From: an uncultured virus (IMG/VR IMGVR_UViG_3300025132_000024)
Taxonomy: Duplodnaviria; Heunggongvirae; Uroviricota; Caudoviricetes
Virus record (IMG/VR): IMGVR_UViG_3300025132_000024
Length of the DNA: 64,000 nt
Strand: one strand, 5' to 3'
A model generated the notes under the pieces. That model made no database searches, was not told the origin of the DNA, and saw nothing but the letters and a program-made list of their open reading frames with translations. Shown piece after piece: positions 55,461-64,000 of this stretch. Position 1 is the first letter of the stretch. The number at the start of each line of letters is the position of its first letter. The position numbers and the translations under genes are program-made.

Positions 55461-55859
55461 ATGGCGGCGGGAAAATATTCTTTTATTATAGAGCAGGGCG
55501 CAACTGTCGATTTTGAAATCGTTTATAAAAACCCGGATGGCACTCCAGTTGTTCTTGACGGATATACAGCATCAATGCAAATCAAATCTGCACCCGGAGG
55601 TACAACATTTGCTTCTTTAACAGGTCAATCAACTGATACTTTTTCACAAACAGCATCAGGTTCATATATTAGTTTAAAAGGCAGTAATAATGCTACATCA
55701 TTAACTTCTGGAAGTATAGGAATTTATCTAGGACATGCAGTCACTAATGATTTCAATTTTGGAGAAGCTGTTTATGATTTGGAATTAGAAAATGATAATG
55801 TAAAAACAAGATTATTAGAAGGCAAAGTGCAATTAAGTAAACAAGTAACAACTATCTAA
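55461..55859 (+). CDS. virion structural protein (Ig/BppU-like)
   Basis: IEQGATVDF...P..LDGYTASMQIK...AVYDLEL....VKTRLLEGKV; late box at 55439 and AAAAGGA SD. Confidence 0.65.
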   Translation: MAAGKYSFIIEQGATVDFEIVYKNPDGTPVVLDGYTASMQIKSAPGGTTFASLTGQSTDTFSQTASGSYISLKGSNNATSLTSGSIGIYLGHAVTNDFNFGEAVYDLELENDNVKTRLLEGKVQLSKQVTTI

Positions 55860-55861
55860 AA

Positions 55862-58800
55862 ATGGGAACATCTGTTACTAAAAATATTAGTGAAATTAAT
55901 ATATCACAACCCACATTTACTCTTACCATAACAAATAATAATACTGGTAATAGTATAACTGTACAACAACAGCCTAACCCGACATTATCAATTCAAACAC
56001 CTGGCCCTCAAGGAGGCAGAGGATTACAAGGACCTAAAGGTGACAAAGGACTTCCTGGATCACTAGAAAGTGCTGACGGACTAATAGTTACAGGATCAGT
56101 GTTAGTTTCTGGATCTGGTACTGTAGATTTTTTATTATCTGAAGGTGGCGTAACTGGATCATTTTCTGGAGACGGATCTGGATTGACGGGTGTTATTAGT
56201 GCTTCGTATGCTGTAACCGCTTCACATGCCATAACAGCTTTAACTGCATCATTTGCATTGAATGCCGGCGGAGGTACCGGCGTTGGATTTCCATTTTCTG
56301 GATCTGCTGTCATTACCGGATCATTAGTAATATCCGGATCAGGCGACTTAACAACTACTGGAATAATAAGTGCAAGTAAAGTAAAATCAGTAACAGGATC
56401 ATTTGCTAGATTAGAAGGATTTTCTCCTATAAGAGTAGGAGATCAGATAACATTTGAACAAGTGTCTAGTTTTACTAGCATAACTGCATCGGCTGGTATA
56501 AGTGCAAGTGGTAATATAATTGCGCCAAATTTAATACAAGATAGTAGTTCATTCAGTGCTAGGATAACTGCTAATGAATTTGTCGTTGCAAAAACATTGA
56601 TATCTGGATCAGGTCAAATTGCTTCTGATATAAGCGGGTCATTTACAAGTATAAGTGCATCACTTTCAGATAGAGTAAGATCTAACGAACTTATAACTTC
56701 AAGAACATTAATATCCGGATCAGGTCAAATTGCTTCTGATATAAGTGGTTCGTCAACTGCTTTATCGTCATCTATTGCTACAAGGATTGCAAATATAGAA
56801 TCTGGCGCAACTTTAAAGTCTGGTATATTATCTGGATCTGCTCAAATAGCATCTCAAATATCTGGATCATTTACAAATGTTAGTGAAAGTATAAGTTCTA
56901 GATTAACTATAAATAAAACCAATATAACTGATTTAACAGCAAATACTTCCTCATATGTATTAAATGCTCAAACATCATCGATGACGGTATTTTTTGCTAC
57001 TAGTGCATCATATGCTGTATCATCTTCTGTTGAAATATTGAAAGAAATATCATCTTCTCATGCTAATAGAGCTGACTTTGCCGACGGGTTACGAGGCCAG
57101 CCATCAATTGATGTAACAGCAATAACAGCAAGTGGAGACCTAATCGTTCCTCAATATATCAAACATAAAGGCGATGTTAATACACTTATAAACTTTACTG
57201 ATAATCGAATTCGATTTAAGGCAGGCGATATTGGATTCTTTGATATAGAAAAAGATGCTAGTGCTCCTTATCCTGCTACAATTAATCCCGGTGGTAATAG
57301 AATTAACTTTAGAGTTGTAGATAGAAATACTAATCTTCTTTTAAAAACTGATTCTGAAAAATTTAAGGTTAATTTATATTATGCAGGTAATCAAAAACTT
57401 GAAACAGCAGTAGATGGTGTTAACATAACCGGTTCATTAAATATATCAGGTAGTATAACCGGCGATGGATCAGGTCTAACAAATATTCCTTCGACAGGTA
57501 TAGTAGGATTAGATTTAGATAAAATTACATCTGGTACAGCAACAGCATCAATTTCAGAAACCGACGGATTTAAAGTAAACGTAAATTCTCAGATAACAGG
57601 ATCTGGAGGTACAGAAAAATATGCATTAAAGGTATCTCAATCAATAAATGCATATAATGTTAATGTCGGAAATCCTACATCAAATGCTTGGCAAACTAAT
57701 TTGGAAGGGTCATTTTTTAATAATTTTACTACACAAACTGATACTTCCGAAATATTAAGATTTGTCGCAGGCATTTTAAGTGCATCAGCTCCTAATCCTT
57801 TGCCAAATACAAATATTTGGAATTCGGCAACAGCTAACTATACATTAGGTAGTACTATATCTAAAAATTCATTATTTGTAGGATCATTTGGAAGTACGAC
57901 TTATGAATCAAGTGCAAAATTAAGCAAATCGTGGCAAACATCGACTTATATAAATTTAGATTTAACACAATCAATTGTAGATGTACAAAAATATTTAATA
58001 TCAAAAGGCTTTTTATTAAGTTCAGAAACAGCATCGAGCGGCGAAACTGATCAGACAGGGACTAATCCATTTAATAATAATTATGGATCAAATATACCAT
58101 CGACCATAACAAGAACTAATCAATTTGGTAATTTTACTTTTAATATAGATGCAAATGCAGCTGGTAGTTCTACGGTTAAAAATAATGCAAATTATTTTGG
58201 CTTAGGTGCATTAAGTAGTGGAGGACCAAATCCTTATACAGTACTAATAAGAACAACACATTCATTTAGCGATACAGAGACTGATGATACTCCGGACGAA
58301 GATTCTAAATTTAGTACATCGTCGATTATAACATATACACAAAATTCATTTGGCACTTCCGGAGATGGATTAATATTAGAAAAATTAGAAACTGCTCAGC
58401 CAACCGTTATTCCGGCAGCATTTCAAGATGGAGACTTTAATGGAGTTGATAGTCCAATATCTGGAAGAAAGTATACAGGAGGAGCAACTGCAGCTGCAAA
58501 TATTTCAGCTAGCGGATATTATAGAATACATGGAGTAGAAGTTGGATTGAAATCCGGCTCTCAGTCAGAGTTTACTATAAAAACACCTAATACTGCTGCA
58601 ACACAATTTTATTTATATACTGGAGATTTGCCAAGTAATATAACAACGGGTGCACCAAATGCGTCAATAAGCAATACAAATTTGACAAGAACATCATTTT
58701 CATTTACGTCTGAATCGTTAAGTGGAGCTCCGTTTATAACAGCTACATCATATGGATTTACATTCTCTGGTCAAGTTGCAAATAGTTTTAATCCAATATA

Positions 58801-59878
58801 TGGATATAATTCTACACCATTACAAATTACACAAAATAACGGATGGAATAGTATAGGAAGTCCAAATTTATCAAATGACTCAGTAAGTGTAACATCTGCC
58901 GGAGTACAAACGGTATCTGCTACAAGAGGTGTATTATCATCAGATAAATCTGTACAGAGAACAAGTGGTAATATTCCTTTTATAAATGATATAGTATTTT
59001 GTACGGCATCATTTTCTTTTTCATTAAATAGTAGTGGCGGAAATATTTCTGAAGCAAGATCTATACCGACATATAATTTGAATTTTACTTTAACTGGAAG
59101 AAATTGGCAAAACAGTTCACAAGGATCTACCACAAGTAATCAACCGTATTATGATTCATCTTTATTTGGAACGCCAGTAGCTAGTGGTAGTATGGGAATA
59201 TTAGGAAGTGGATTAGCATCATCAACCAATACTGTTGAATATTTTCATGACGAAACACGTAGGAAGGTAATAGGAACATCTACTACATTAACTAATGCTT
59301 GGGATTCTGATACATTATTAAATTTATCAGATTCTGGAGATTTACAAGTTAAGCCTGGATATTTAGTCGATCCAGAAAGCGCTAACGGATATTGGTATCC
59401 TGCAGATAATTACAATTCAGGACATTATAAATGGTATTTGAGAGAATTCACAACAACAGCTACAAATAATAAAGGTAGTATAACTATAGATTTATCTCCT
59501 AATTCATCTGCAGATTTAGTTGACTTTAGTAGTACGACAACAAATAAAATAGCAATAGGTATAATTTTTGAAGCACAATTGCCTGCAAATAGTGGTGATA
59601 GTAGAACAAGAATATTTGATGCAGTTAAAGGAAATGCGTCATATGGGGGTAGCTTGGATAATCAATCAACGTCTGCACAATTAAATCCATTTAGCGATAA
59701 TATAGACATATTAGGAGACTTTGGTTCATTTTCAAATTCAAATGGAACATTAACATTAGGATTAAATAATCCAGTTAATCAAACCGTTAACGGTACATTT
59801 AAGAAAGTATATTTATTAATAAGATATAAAGGTACTCCAAGTCAAACATTAGAACAAATTAATATATCAGTAAGTTAG
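55862..59878 (+). CDS. fibre-like virion protein (1338 aa) with short collagen segment
   Basis: GPQGGRGLQGPKGDKGLPG; Ser/Gly/Thr-rich repeats. Confidence 0.75.
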   Translation: MGTSVTKNISEINISQPTFTLTITNNNTGNSITVQQQPNPTLSIQTPGPQGGRGLQGPKGDKGLPGSLESADGLIVTGSVLVSGSGTVDFLLSEGGVTGSFSGDGSGLTGVISASYAVTASHAITALTASFALNAGGGTGVGFPFSGSAVITGSLVISGSGDLTTTGIISASKVKSVTGSFARLEGFSPIRVGDQITFEQVSSFTSITASAGISASGNIIAPNLIQDSSSFSARITANEFVVAKTLISGSGQIASDISGSFTSISASLSDRVRSNELITSRTLISGSGQIASDISGSSTALSSSIATRIANIESGATLKSGILSGSAQIASQISGSFTNVSESISSRLTINKTNITDLTANTSSYVLNAQTSSMTVFFATSASYAVSSSVEILKEISSSHANRADFADGLRGQPSIDVTAITASGDLIVPQYIKHKGDVNTLINFTDNRIRFKAGDIGFFDIEKDASAPYPATINPGGNRINFRVVDRNTNLLLKTDSEKFKVNLYYAGNQKLETAVDGVNITGSLNISGSITGDGSGLTNIPSTGIVGLDLDKITSGTATASISETDGFKVNVNSQITGSGGTEKYALKVSQSINAYNVNVGNPTSNAWQTNLEGSFFNNFTTQTDTSEILRFVAGILSASAPNPLPNTNIWNSATANYTLGSTISKNSLFVGSFGSTTYESSAKLSKSWQTSTYINLDLTQSIVDVQKYLISKGFLLSSETASSGETDQTGTNPFNNNYGSNIPSTITRTNQFGNFTFNIDANAAGSSTVKNNANYFGLGALSSGGPNPYTVLIRTTHSFSDTETDDTPDEDSKFSTSSIITYTQNSFGTSGDGLILEKLETAQPTVIPAAFQDGDFNGVDSPISGRKYTGGATAAANISASGYYRIHGVEVGLKSGSQSEFTIKTPNTAATQFYLYTGDLPSNITTGAPNASISNTNLTRTSFSFTSESLSGAPFITATSYGFTFSGQVANSFNPIYGYNSTPLQITQNNGWNSIGSPNLSNDSVSVTSAGVQTVSATRGVLSSDKSVQRTSGNIPFINDIVFCTASFSFSLNSSGGNISEARSIPTYNLNFTLTGRNWQNSSQGSTTSNQPYYDSSLFGTPVASGSMGILGSGLASSTNTVEYFHDETRRKVIGTSTTLTNAWDSDTLLNLSDSGDLQVKPGYLVDPESANGYWYPADNYNSGHYKWYLREFTTTATNNKGSITIDLSPNSSADLVDFSSTTTNKIAIGIIFEAQLPANSGDSRTRIFDAVKGNASYGGSLDNQSTSAQLNPFSDNIDILGDFGSFSNSNGTLTLGLNNPVNQTVNGTFKKVYLLIRYKGTPSQTLEQINISVS
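56594..56905 (+). repeat. three ISGSxQIASxISGS repeats (about 37-39 aa period)
   Basis: 29-bp identical GGATCAGGTCAAATTGCTTCTGATATAAG at 56606 and 56717; degenerate third copy near 56830. Confidence 0.85.
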
Positions 59879-59886
59879 GAAAATAA

Positions 59887-60789
59887 ATGTCATATAATTC
59901 ATCAGATAGATCAGAAAGGTTATTACAAAGTAGAAGATTTACTACTGATAATCTTATACTGAGTCAAGAAGCATTTACTGATGTATTTGACTTAGGGGCA
60001 GGTGAGATATATACTGACGATCATTTGATACCATCAGCAAGTTCACAGTTGCCTTATAGTGGATCTGGACAAAATGCATTAATTGTATCTGCCAGTATAG
60101 TCGATCCGTCTTTAACCGGTATAAATAATTTACCTATATTAAGATATTATTACAGAAAAAAATTAAAACAAGCAGCTGATGGTCAAAGAGAAGTTTATTA
60201 CTTTACTACATCAGATCCATCATCAATAAACGACACAGTAACGTCAGATCAGTTAATAGAATCAGATCAGCAAACTAATTTTATCTCTCCTAAATATATT
60301 GTGCCTGCAGATAGTGTTAAGTCTGCGGAAGCAAATCCTCCGGGATATAAGGCAATAGTATATAAAGATACTTCTGCAACAGCTGCCGGAGTAACTTCTA
60401 ATGCAATTACAGATGATAAATATGTATTTGATTACAAGACAGGAGTGTTGACATGGAATAGCGGACAGCAGCCAGCATCGAATCAATTTGTTTATATGTC
60501 AATTTATCAGTATGCTGGAAGAACATTAAGATCTCAAATAGATGATGGAACTATAGGAGGCGGGAGTACAGCAGATGGATTCAGAATAACTTCTGGATCA
60601 GTGACTGCATCTGTGGACGTAGGAAATAGTTCATTTTTAATTACGTCTGCTAGTTTAAATTTATTTGAAATTGAAAGAAATGGAGTAGCAGTTTTTGCTA
60701 CTCAATCATCAGTATTAACAACAGAAGCTCCAAATGGAGGAGTATTTTTTACAAGAACTAATTTTTATGTTGGTTTGGATAATCAATAG
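59887..60789 (+). CDS. virion structural protein
   Basis: YVFDYKTGVL..., YQYAG; AGGA SD. Confidence 0.7.
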   Translation: MSYNSSDRSERLLQSRRFTTDNLILSQEAFTDVFDLGAGEIYTDDHLIPSASSQLPYSGSGQNALIVSASIVDPSLTGINNLPILRYYYRKKLKQAADGQREVYYFTTSDPSSINDTVTSDQLIESDQQTNFISPKYIVPADSVKSAEANPPGYKAIVYKDTSATAAGVTSNAITDDKYVFDYKTGVLTWNSGQQPASNQFVYMSIYQYAGRTLRSQIDDGTIGGGSTADGFRITSGSVTASVDVGNSSFLITSASLNLFEIERNGVAVFATQSSVLTTEAPNGGVFFTRTNFYVGLDNQ

Positions 60790-60846
60790 TAATGTTTTTT
60801 GAAAAAAGAGAATATTTATATTAAAATTATAACATAGGGTATTATC

Positions 60847-62814
60847 ATGGCAGAATGGAAAAAGGTCATCGTCTCGGGCAGCCAGGCGGAATTAAATAGT
60901 TTAGATCTTAAAGGATCATCAGGAAATTTAGTAGTAGAAGGAAATTCTACATTAGGTAATGCTGCAACCGATTTTGCAAGAATAACTGGTTCAGCAGATA
61001 TATCTGGTAGTTTAAATGTAGTTAGCTCAGCAGGTGTTTTTCGTGATAAATTATTTGTAGGCAATCGATTTGCGGGTAATGTTATTCCATCTCAATTAGG
61101 TTCAGCAACATTAACTGCAATATCATCTGGTAGTATATCTGCTTTATATTTAAAAACTAATAGCACCGTCGGTTCCACCGGTGGTCAAATAACTTTACAA
61201 AGTGGCCAATATCAAACCAGTCCAATAATTAACCATCATACCTATAATGGAAATAATACATTTAAAGTAGAAACTTCAGGTAATATTACATCGCTAGGCG
61301 ATTTGTCAATAGCAGGTAATACTACATTAGGTAATACTACAGCAGATACAACTCAGATCACAGGATCTACAGATATATCAGGTTCATTAAGAGTTGATGG
61401 TACATTAACAGTTACCGGAGATACATTACAAGAAGATCTTAGAACAACAGGAGTTACCAGATTAGGTAATGATATGGGTGACAAGACGGAGATTACAGGA
61501 TCTCTTAATGTTACTGGATCTAGTACATTCTCTGGCGAAAATGCAAAAATAACAATTGATCCAGATTCTACCAGTGCAGTAATTGATGTCTTAGATGTAG
61601 GCGGCGGAACCCTAGAGTTAATTAAAATGAGAGATGTCGCCGGCGGTGATCAAATAAGAATAAGTAGAAGCGGCGGACAAAATAGTTTAGAATTATTAGA
61701 TAATGGTGCCAACAGTGTAAAACTTGATTCAAAAAATGATGGATTTTATTTAAATAATTTTGCAATTGGAGCAAGTTCTGCAGATGCAAGTAATACATTA
61801 TCTGTAACAGGTAATGCAAAAATAACTACCAATTTAGAAGTAGATGGAAATACTACATTAGGTAATCAATCAGAAATAGATAAAGTAGAAGTTTCGGCGT
61901 CAATGGGATTGTCTGGATCATTAGATATTAGACGTAAAAGAGATGATGGTGGCTATTTAATACATTTAGGATCGCTTGATGAAACTGCAGCACCCGGCCA
62001 TTCCGGTCAAAAGACTGCAGCAATTACAATGCAGGGATTAGCAAATAATTCATCAGCTCCTCAAATTAGACTTCTAGCACATGAAAATTATGGCGGAAAT
62101 GAAGCAATATTAATTAGCTCTACCGGTGGTACCAGATATGGTGTTGTTGAGATCAAATCAAATGGATCTAATGATATTAAATTCACTGCAAATGAAGGTG
62201 GTTTTATTAATGATAAGCTTACTGTAGGACAAACTTCAATAGATTCTAGTGCAACTATATCTGCAATAGGTAATATTAAAGCATCAACAGGTATTACAGG
62301 ATCTTATTTAACCAATGATAATATATTAGTTGCGGGATCAGCAGGAGAAGTTGAATCAAGTGGTATCACTTGGGATGGATCAACATTAGACCTAGGTGCA
62401 GGTAATATTACATCAACAGGCGATTTAACTATAGCAGATGCTAGAATAAATGGAGATTTAGTTGTAGCTGGAACAGCATCTTTTGAAAATACAGAAAACT
62501 TAAAAGTTACTGATAGATTTATATCATTAGCTTCTGGATCAACTGCTGCAGGAGATGGTGGTATTGTTATTCAGCAAGCGGCTACCGGATTAGGTGAAGT
62601 ATTTGGATTTGATAATGCCAATGGTGGTAGATGGGGATTAAGAACAAGTTTTGATCCAACAGCATCATTATTTACTCCAACCGACTTTATGGTAACAACT
62701 GTGAAAGCAGCTGCAGATCCGTCTAATTCAACTGCCCCAACATATGGTGGCTCAAATGGCCATGGTAATATGCATGTTAATACATCGACAGGTGATATAT
62801 TTATTTATGCATAA
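60847..62814 (+). CDS. fibre-like virion protein
   Basis: Repeated L.V.GNTTLGN...D...ITGS units; late box at 60812. Confidence 0.75.
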   Translation: MAEWKKVIVSGSQAELNSLDLKGSSGNLVVEGNSTLGNAATDFARITGSADISGSLNVVSSAGVFRDKLFVGNRFAGNVIPSQLGSATLTAISSGSISALYLKTNSTVGSTGGQITLQSGQYQTSPIINHHTYNGNNTFKVETSGNITSLGDLSIAGNTTLGNTTADTTQITGSTDISGSLRVDGTLTVTGDTLQEDLRTTGVTRLGNDMGDKTEITGSLNVTGSSTFSGENAKITIDPDSTSAVIDVLDVGGGTLELIKMRDVAGGDQIRISRSGGQNSLELLDNGANSVKLDSKNDGFYLNNFAIGASSADASNTLSVTGNAKITTNLEVDGNTTLGNQSEIDKVEVSASMGLSGSLDIRRKRDDGGYLIHLGSLDETAAPGHSGQKTAAITMQGLANNSSAPQIRLLAHENYGGNEAILISSTGGTRYGVVEIKSNGSNDIKFTANEGGFINDKLTVGQTSIDSSATISAIGNIKASTGITGSYLTNDNILVAGSAGEVESSGITWDGSTLDLGAGNITSTGDLTIADARINGDLVVAGTASFENTENLKVTDRFISLASGSTAAGDGGIVIQQAATGLGEVFGFDNANGGRWGLRTSFDPTASLFTPTDFMVTTVKAAADPSNSTAPTYGGSNGHGNMHVNTSTGDIFIYA

Positions 62815-62850
62815 TAATTGCTAATTAAAAAGTTATATAAAAAATTTATT

Positions 62851-63099
62851 ATGGGGTTTCGTTCTAAAATTAAAACAAAAGAACAGGTAGCTAAAGAGGC
62901 GGCTCATTCGAAAGCACGTACTAAAAAGCCAACTACACTAAAAAAAGAAATAAATAAATTCGATCTAGATCGTAATGAGATAAATTACATTTTAGGTTTG
63001 ATAAAAGATACTACATTTAAAGGATCAGAAATAGAGAGACTTTACAATATAGTATACAAGTTACAATCACAATATCTAAAACAAGGAAAAGATGTTTAA
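62851..63099 (+). CDS. small hypothetical protein
   Basis: ATG 62851 preferred over TTG 62818. Confidence 0.7.
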   Translation: MGFRSKIKTKEQVAKEAAHSKARTKKPTTLKKEINKFDLDRNEINYILGLIKDTTFKGSEIERLYNIVYKLQSQYLKQGKDV

Positions 63100-63253
63100 T
63101 ATAAATGAATTAAGCGTTTTGCGAGGATCATTAGATGCAATAACAATTAAAGGTTCTGATGCAAAACAAATAGCAGCGTTACAAGATAAAGTAGAACAGC
63201 ATATAACAAATATAAAAGCAGGTCCACCAACAAATAAATCTACAAAAAAATAA
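63092..63253 (+). CDS. small hypothetical protein (53 aa)
   Basis: MFNINELSVLRGSLDAITIKGSDAKQIAALQDKV...; AAGGA SD; resembles the previous gene. Confidence 0.7.
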   Translation: MFNINELSVLRGSLDAITIKGSDAKQIAALQDKVEQHITNIKAGPPTNKSTKK

Positions 63254-63286
63254 TAAAAAATAATAGTATTATATTTATATAAAAGA

Positions 63287-63350
63287 ACGTTATAGGCCGA
63301 AAGGAAGTAGGCATATGCACGGCATAAGTGTATGTATCTAACCATAACGT
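63287..63350 (+). ncRNA. candidate structured cis-regulatory RNA (three-way junction)
   Basis: P1 ACGTTAT(A)GG/CC-ATAACGT, P2 CC-GAAA-GG, P3 TAGG(C)ATATGCAC/GTGTATGT(A)TCTA; lies between late box 63271 and the SD. Confidence 0.55.
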
Positions 63351-63364
63351 AAAAGGAACATAGT

Positions 63365-64000
63365 ATGCCAAACTGGAAAAAGGTCGTTGTATCGGGCAGC
63401 AATGCCGCATTTAAATCTGTATTTGTTACAAATCATGTTACAGCATCTGGCGCTGTAAGTTCAAGTAATTCATTATTTTTTAGTTCTTCTTTATCTTCTG
63501 ATACATCATTTAAAACATTAGTATATGATACCTCGACAGGTAAAATATTTCATACAGGGTCATATGCAGGCGGCGGAGGAGCATCAAGTTCTCCATTTAC
63601 TGCGGCAGGCATTTCCGGATCATTTACAGAAGCATCAGAATCATTTAGTACAAGAGTAACAACATTAGAAACAAGTCCAGCCGCAGGGTTTCCGTTCGCC
63701 GGCGATGCTGTTATAACAGGTTCATTATTAATATCGGCATCCAATAATACTTCATCTTCTTTAATAGTACAAGGGTCTGGTTCGACAATATTTGAAGTTC
63801 AAGGTTCTCAAGGTCAACTATTTTCTATTACCGACGATCTTATACATTCAGTATTAGAAGTATCTGATATTTCTGGGGATACATTATTCAAAGTATCAGG
63901 ATCTGGGTTAGTAGAAATACCAGTAGGAGATTTAACAGCAAGTTCTACATCTACTGCCTCATTTGGAAAATTTATAGGGGATGGGTCTGAATTAACAAAT
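63365..64000 (+). CDS. fibre-like virion protein, 3'-truncated
   Basis: MPNWKKVVVSGSNAAF... open to the window end; AAAAGGA SD; N-terminus paralogous to 60847. Confidence 0.8.
   Translation, partial: MPNWKKVVVSGSNAAFKSVFVTNHVTASGAVSSSNSLFFSSSLSSDTSFKTLVYDTSTGKIFHTGSYAGGGGASSSPFTAAGISGSFTEASESFSTRVTTLETSPAAGFPFAGDAVITGSLLISASNNTSSSLIVQGSGSTIFEVQGSQGQLFSITDDLIHSVLEVSDISGDTLFKVSGSGLVEIPVGDLTASSTSTASFGKFIGDGSELTN

Noticed and set aside
56606..56745. 29-bp direct repeat as a possible CRISPR, att site or DGR template/variable pair
   Set aside because: Only two exact copies, 111 nt apart and in frame; differences in the flanks are not adenine-specific, and there is no reverse transcriptase or integrase in the window.
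2266..63744. All other minus-strand ORFs in the track (e.g. 2266-2640, 19410-19688, 43020-43406, 43425-43904, 58771-59133, 63076-63402)
   Set aside because: Each overlaps well-supported + strand genes, and all promoter, SD and terminator signals I found point to the + strand.
1..64000. Stop-codon reassignment (seen in some large Bacteroidetes phages)
   Set aside because: Conserved genes are full length in the standard code, and TAA, TAG and TGA all end genes.

Overview
This 64-kb window comes from an AT-rich, densely coded, tailed dsDNA phage with T4-like (myovirus/jumbo-type) morphogenesis genes. Essentially all real genes are on the + strand in the standard genetic code. 1-11 kb: small accessory genes, a lysozyme/transglycosylase-like protein, an Hc1-like DNA-binding protein, a DUF4494-like protein, a SAM methyltransferase, Hsp20, UvsE, ClpP, an HD hydrolase and a gp55-like late sigma factor. 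11-28 kb: baseplate module. 28-32.5 kb: T7-type endonuclease I, primase and a fused Mre11-Rad50 (gp47-gp46). 32.5-40.5 kb: a 2674-aa fibre-like protein. 40.6-55.4 kb: a nucleotidyltransferase/ligase-like fusion, terminase, portal, prohead protease, a ribosomal protein bS21 homologue, scaffold and major capsid protein. 55.4-64 kb: Ser/Gly/Thr-rich fibre or decoration proteins. The host is inferred to be Bacteroidetes/Flavobacteria from -33/-7-type promoters, DUF4494, Hc1 and bS21. Main non-coding observations: (1) two promoter classes, a host-type (T/C)T(T/A)G-N20-TATNTTNA and a putative late box ATATTTAT, whose genes differ in Shine-Dalgarno use, with bS21 under the host-type class; (2) an inverted repeat that brackets exactly the hsp20 gene; (3) a compact three-way-junction RNA candidate in the leader of the last fibre gene. 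I found no tRNA, rRNA, CRISPR array or mobile element. All family calls come from motif recognition by eye, not database searches.
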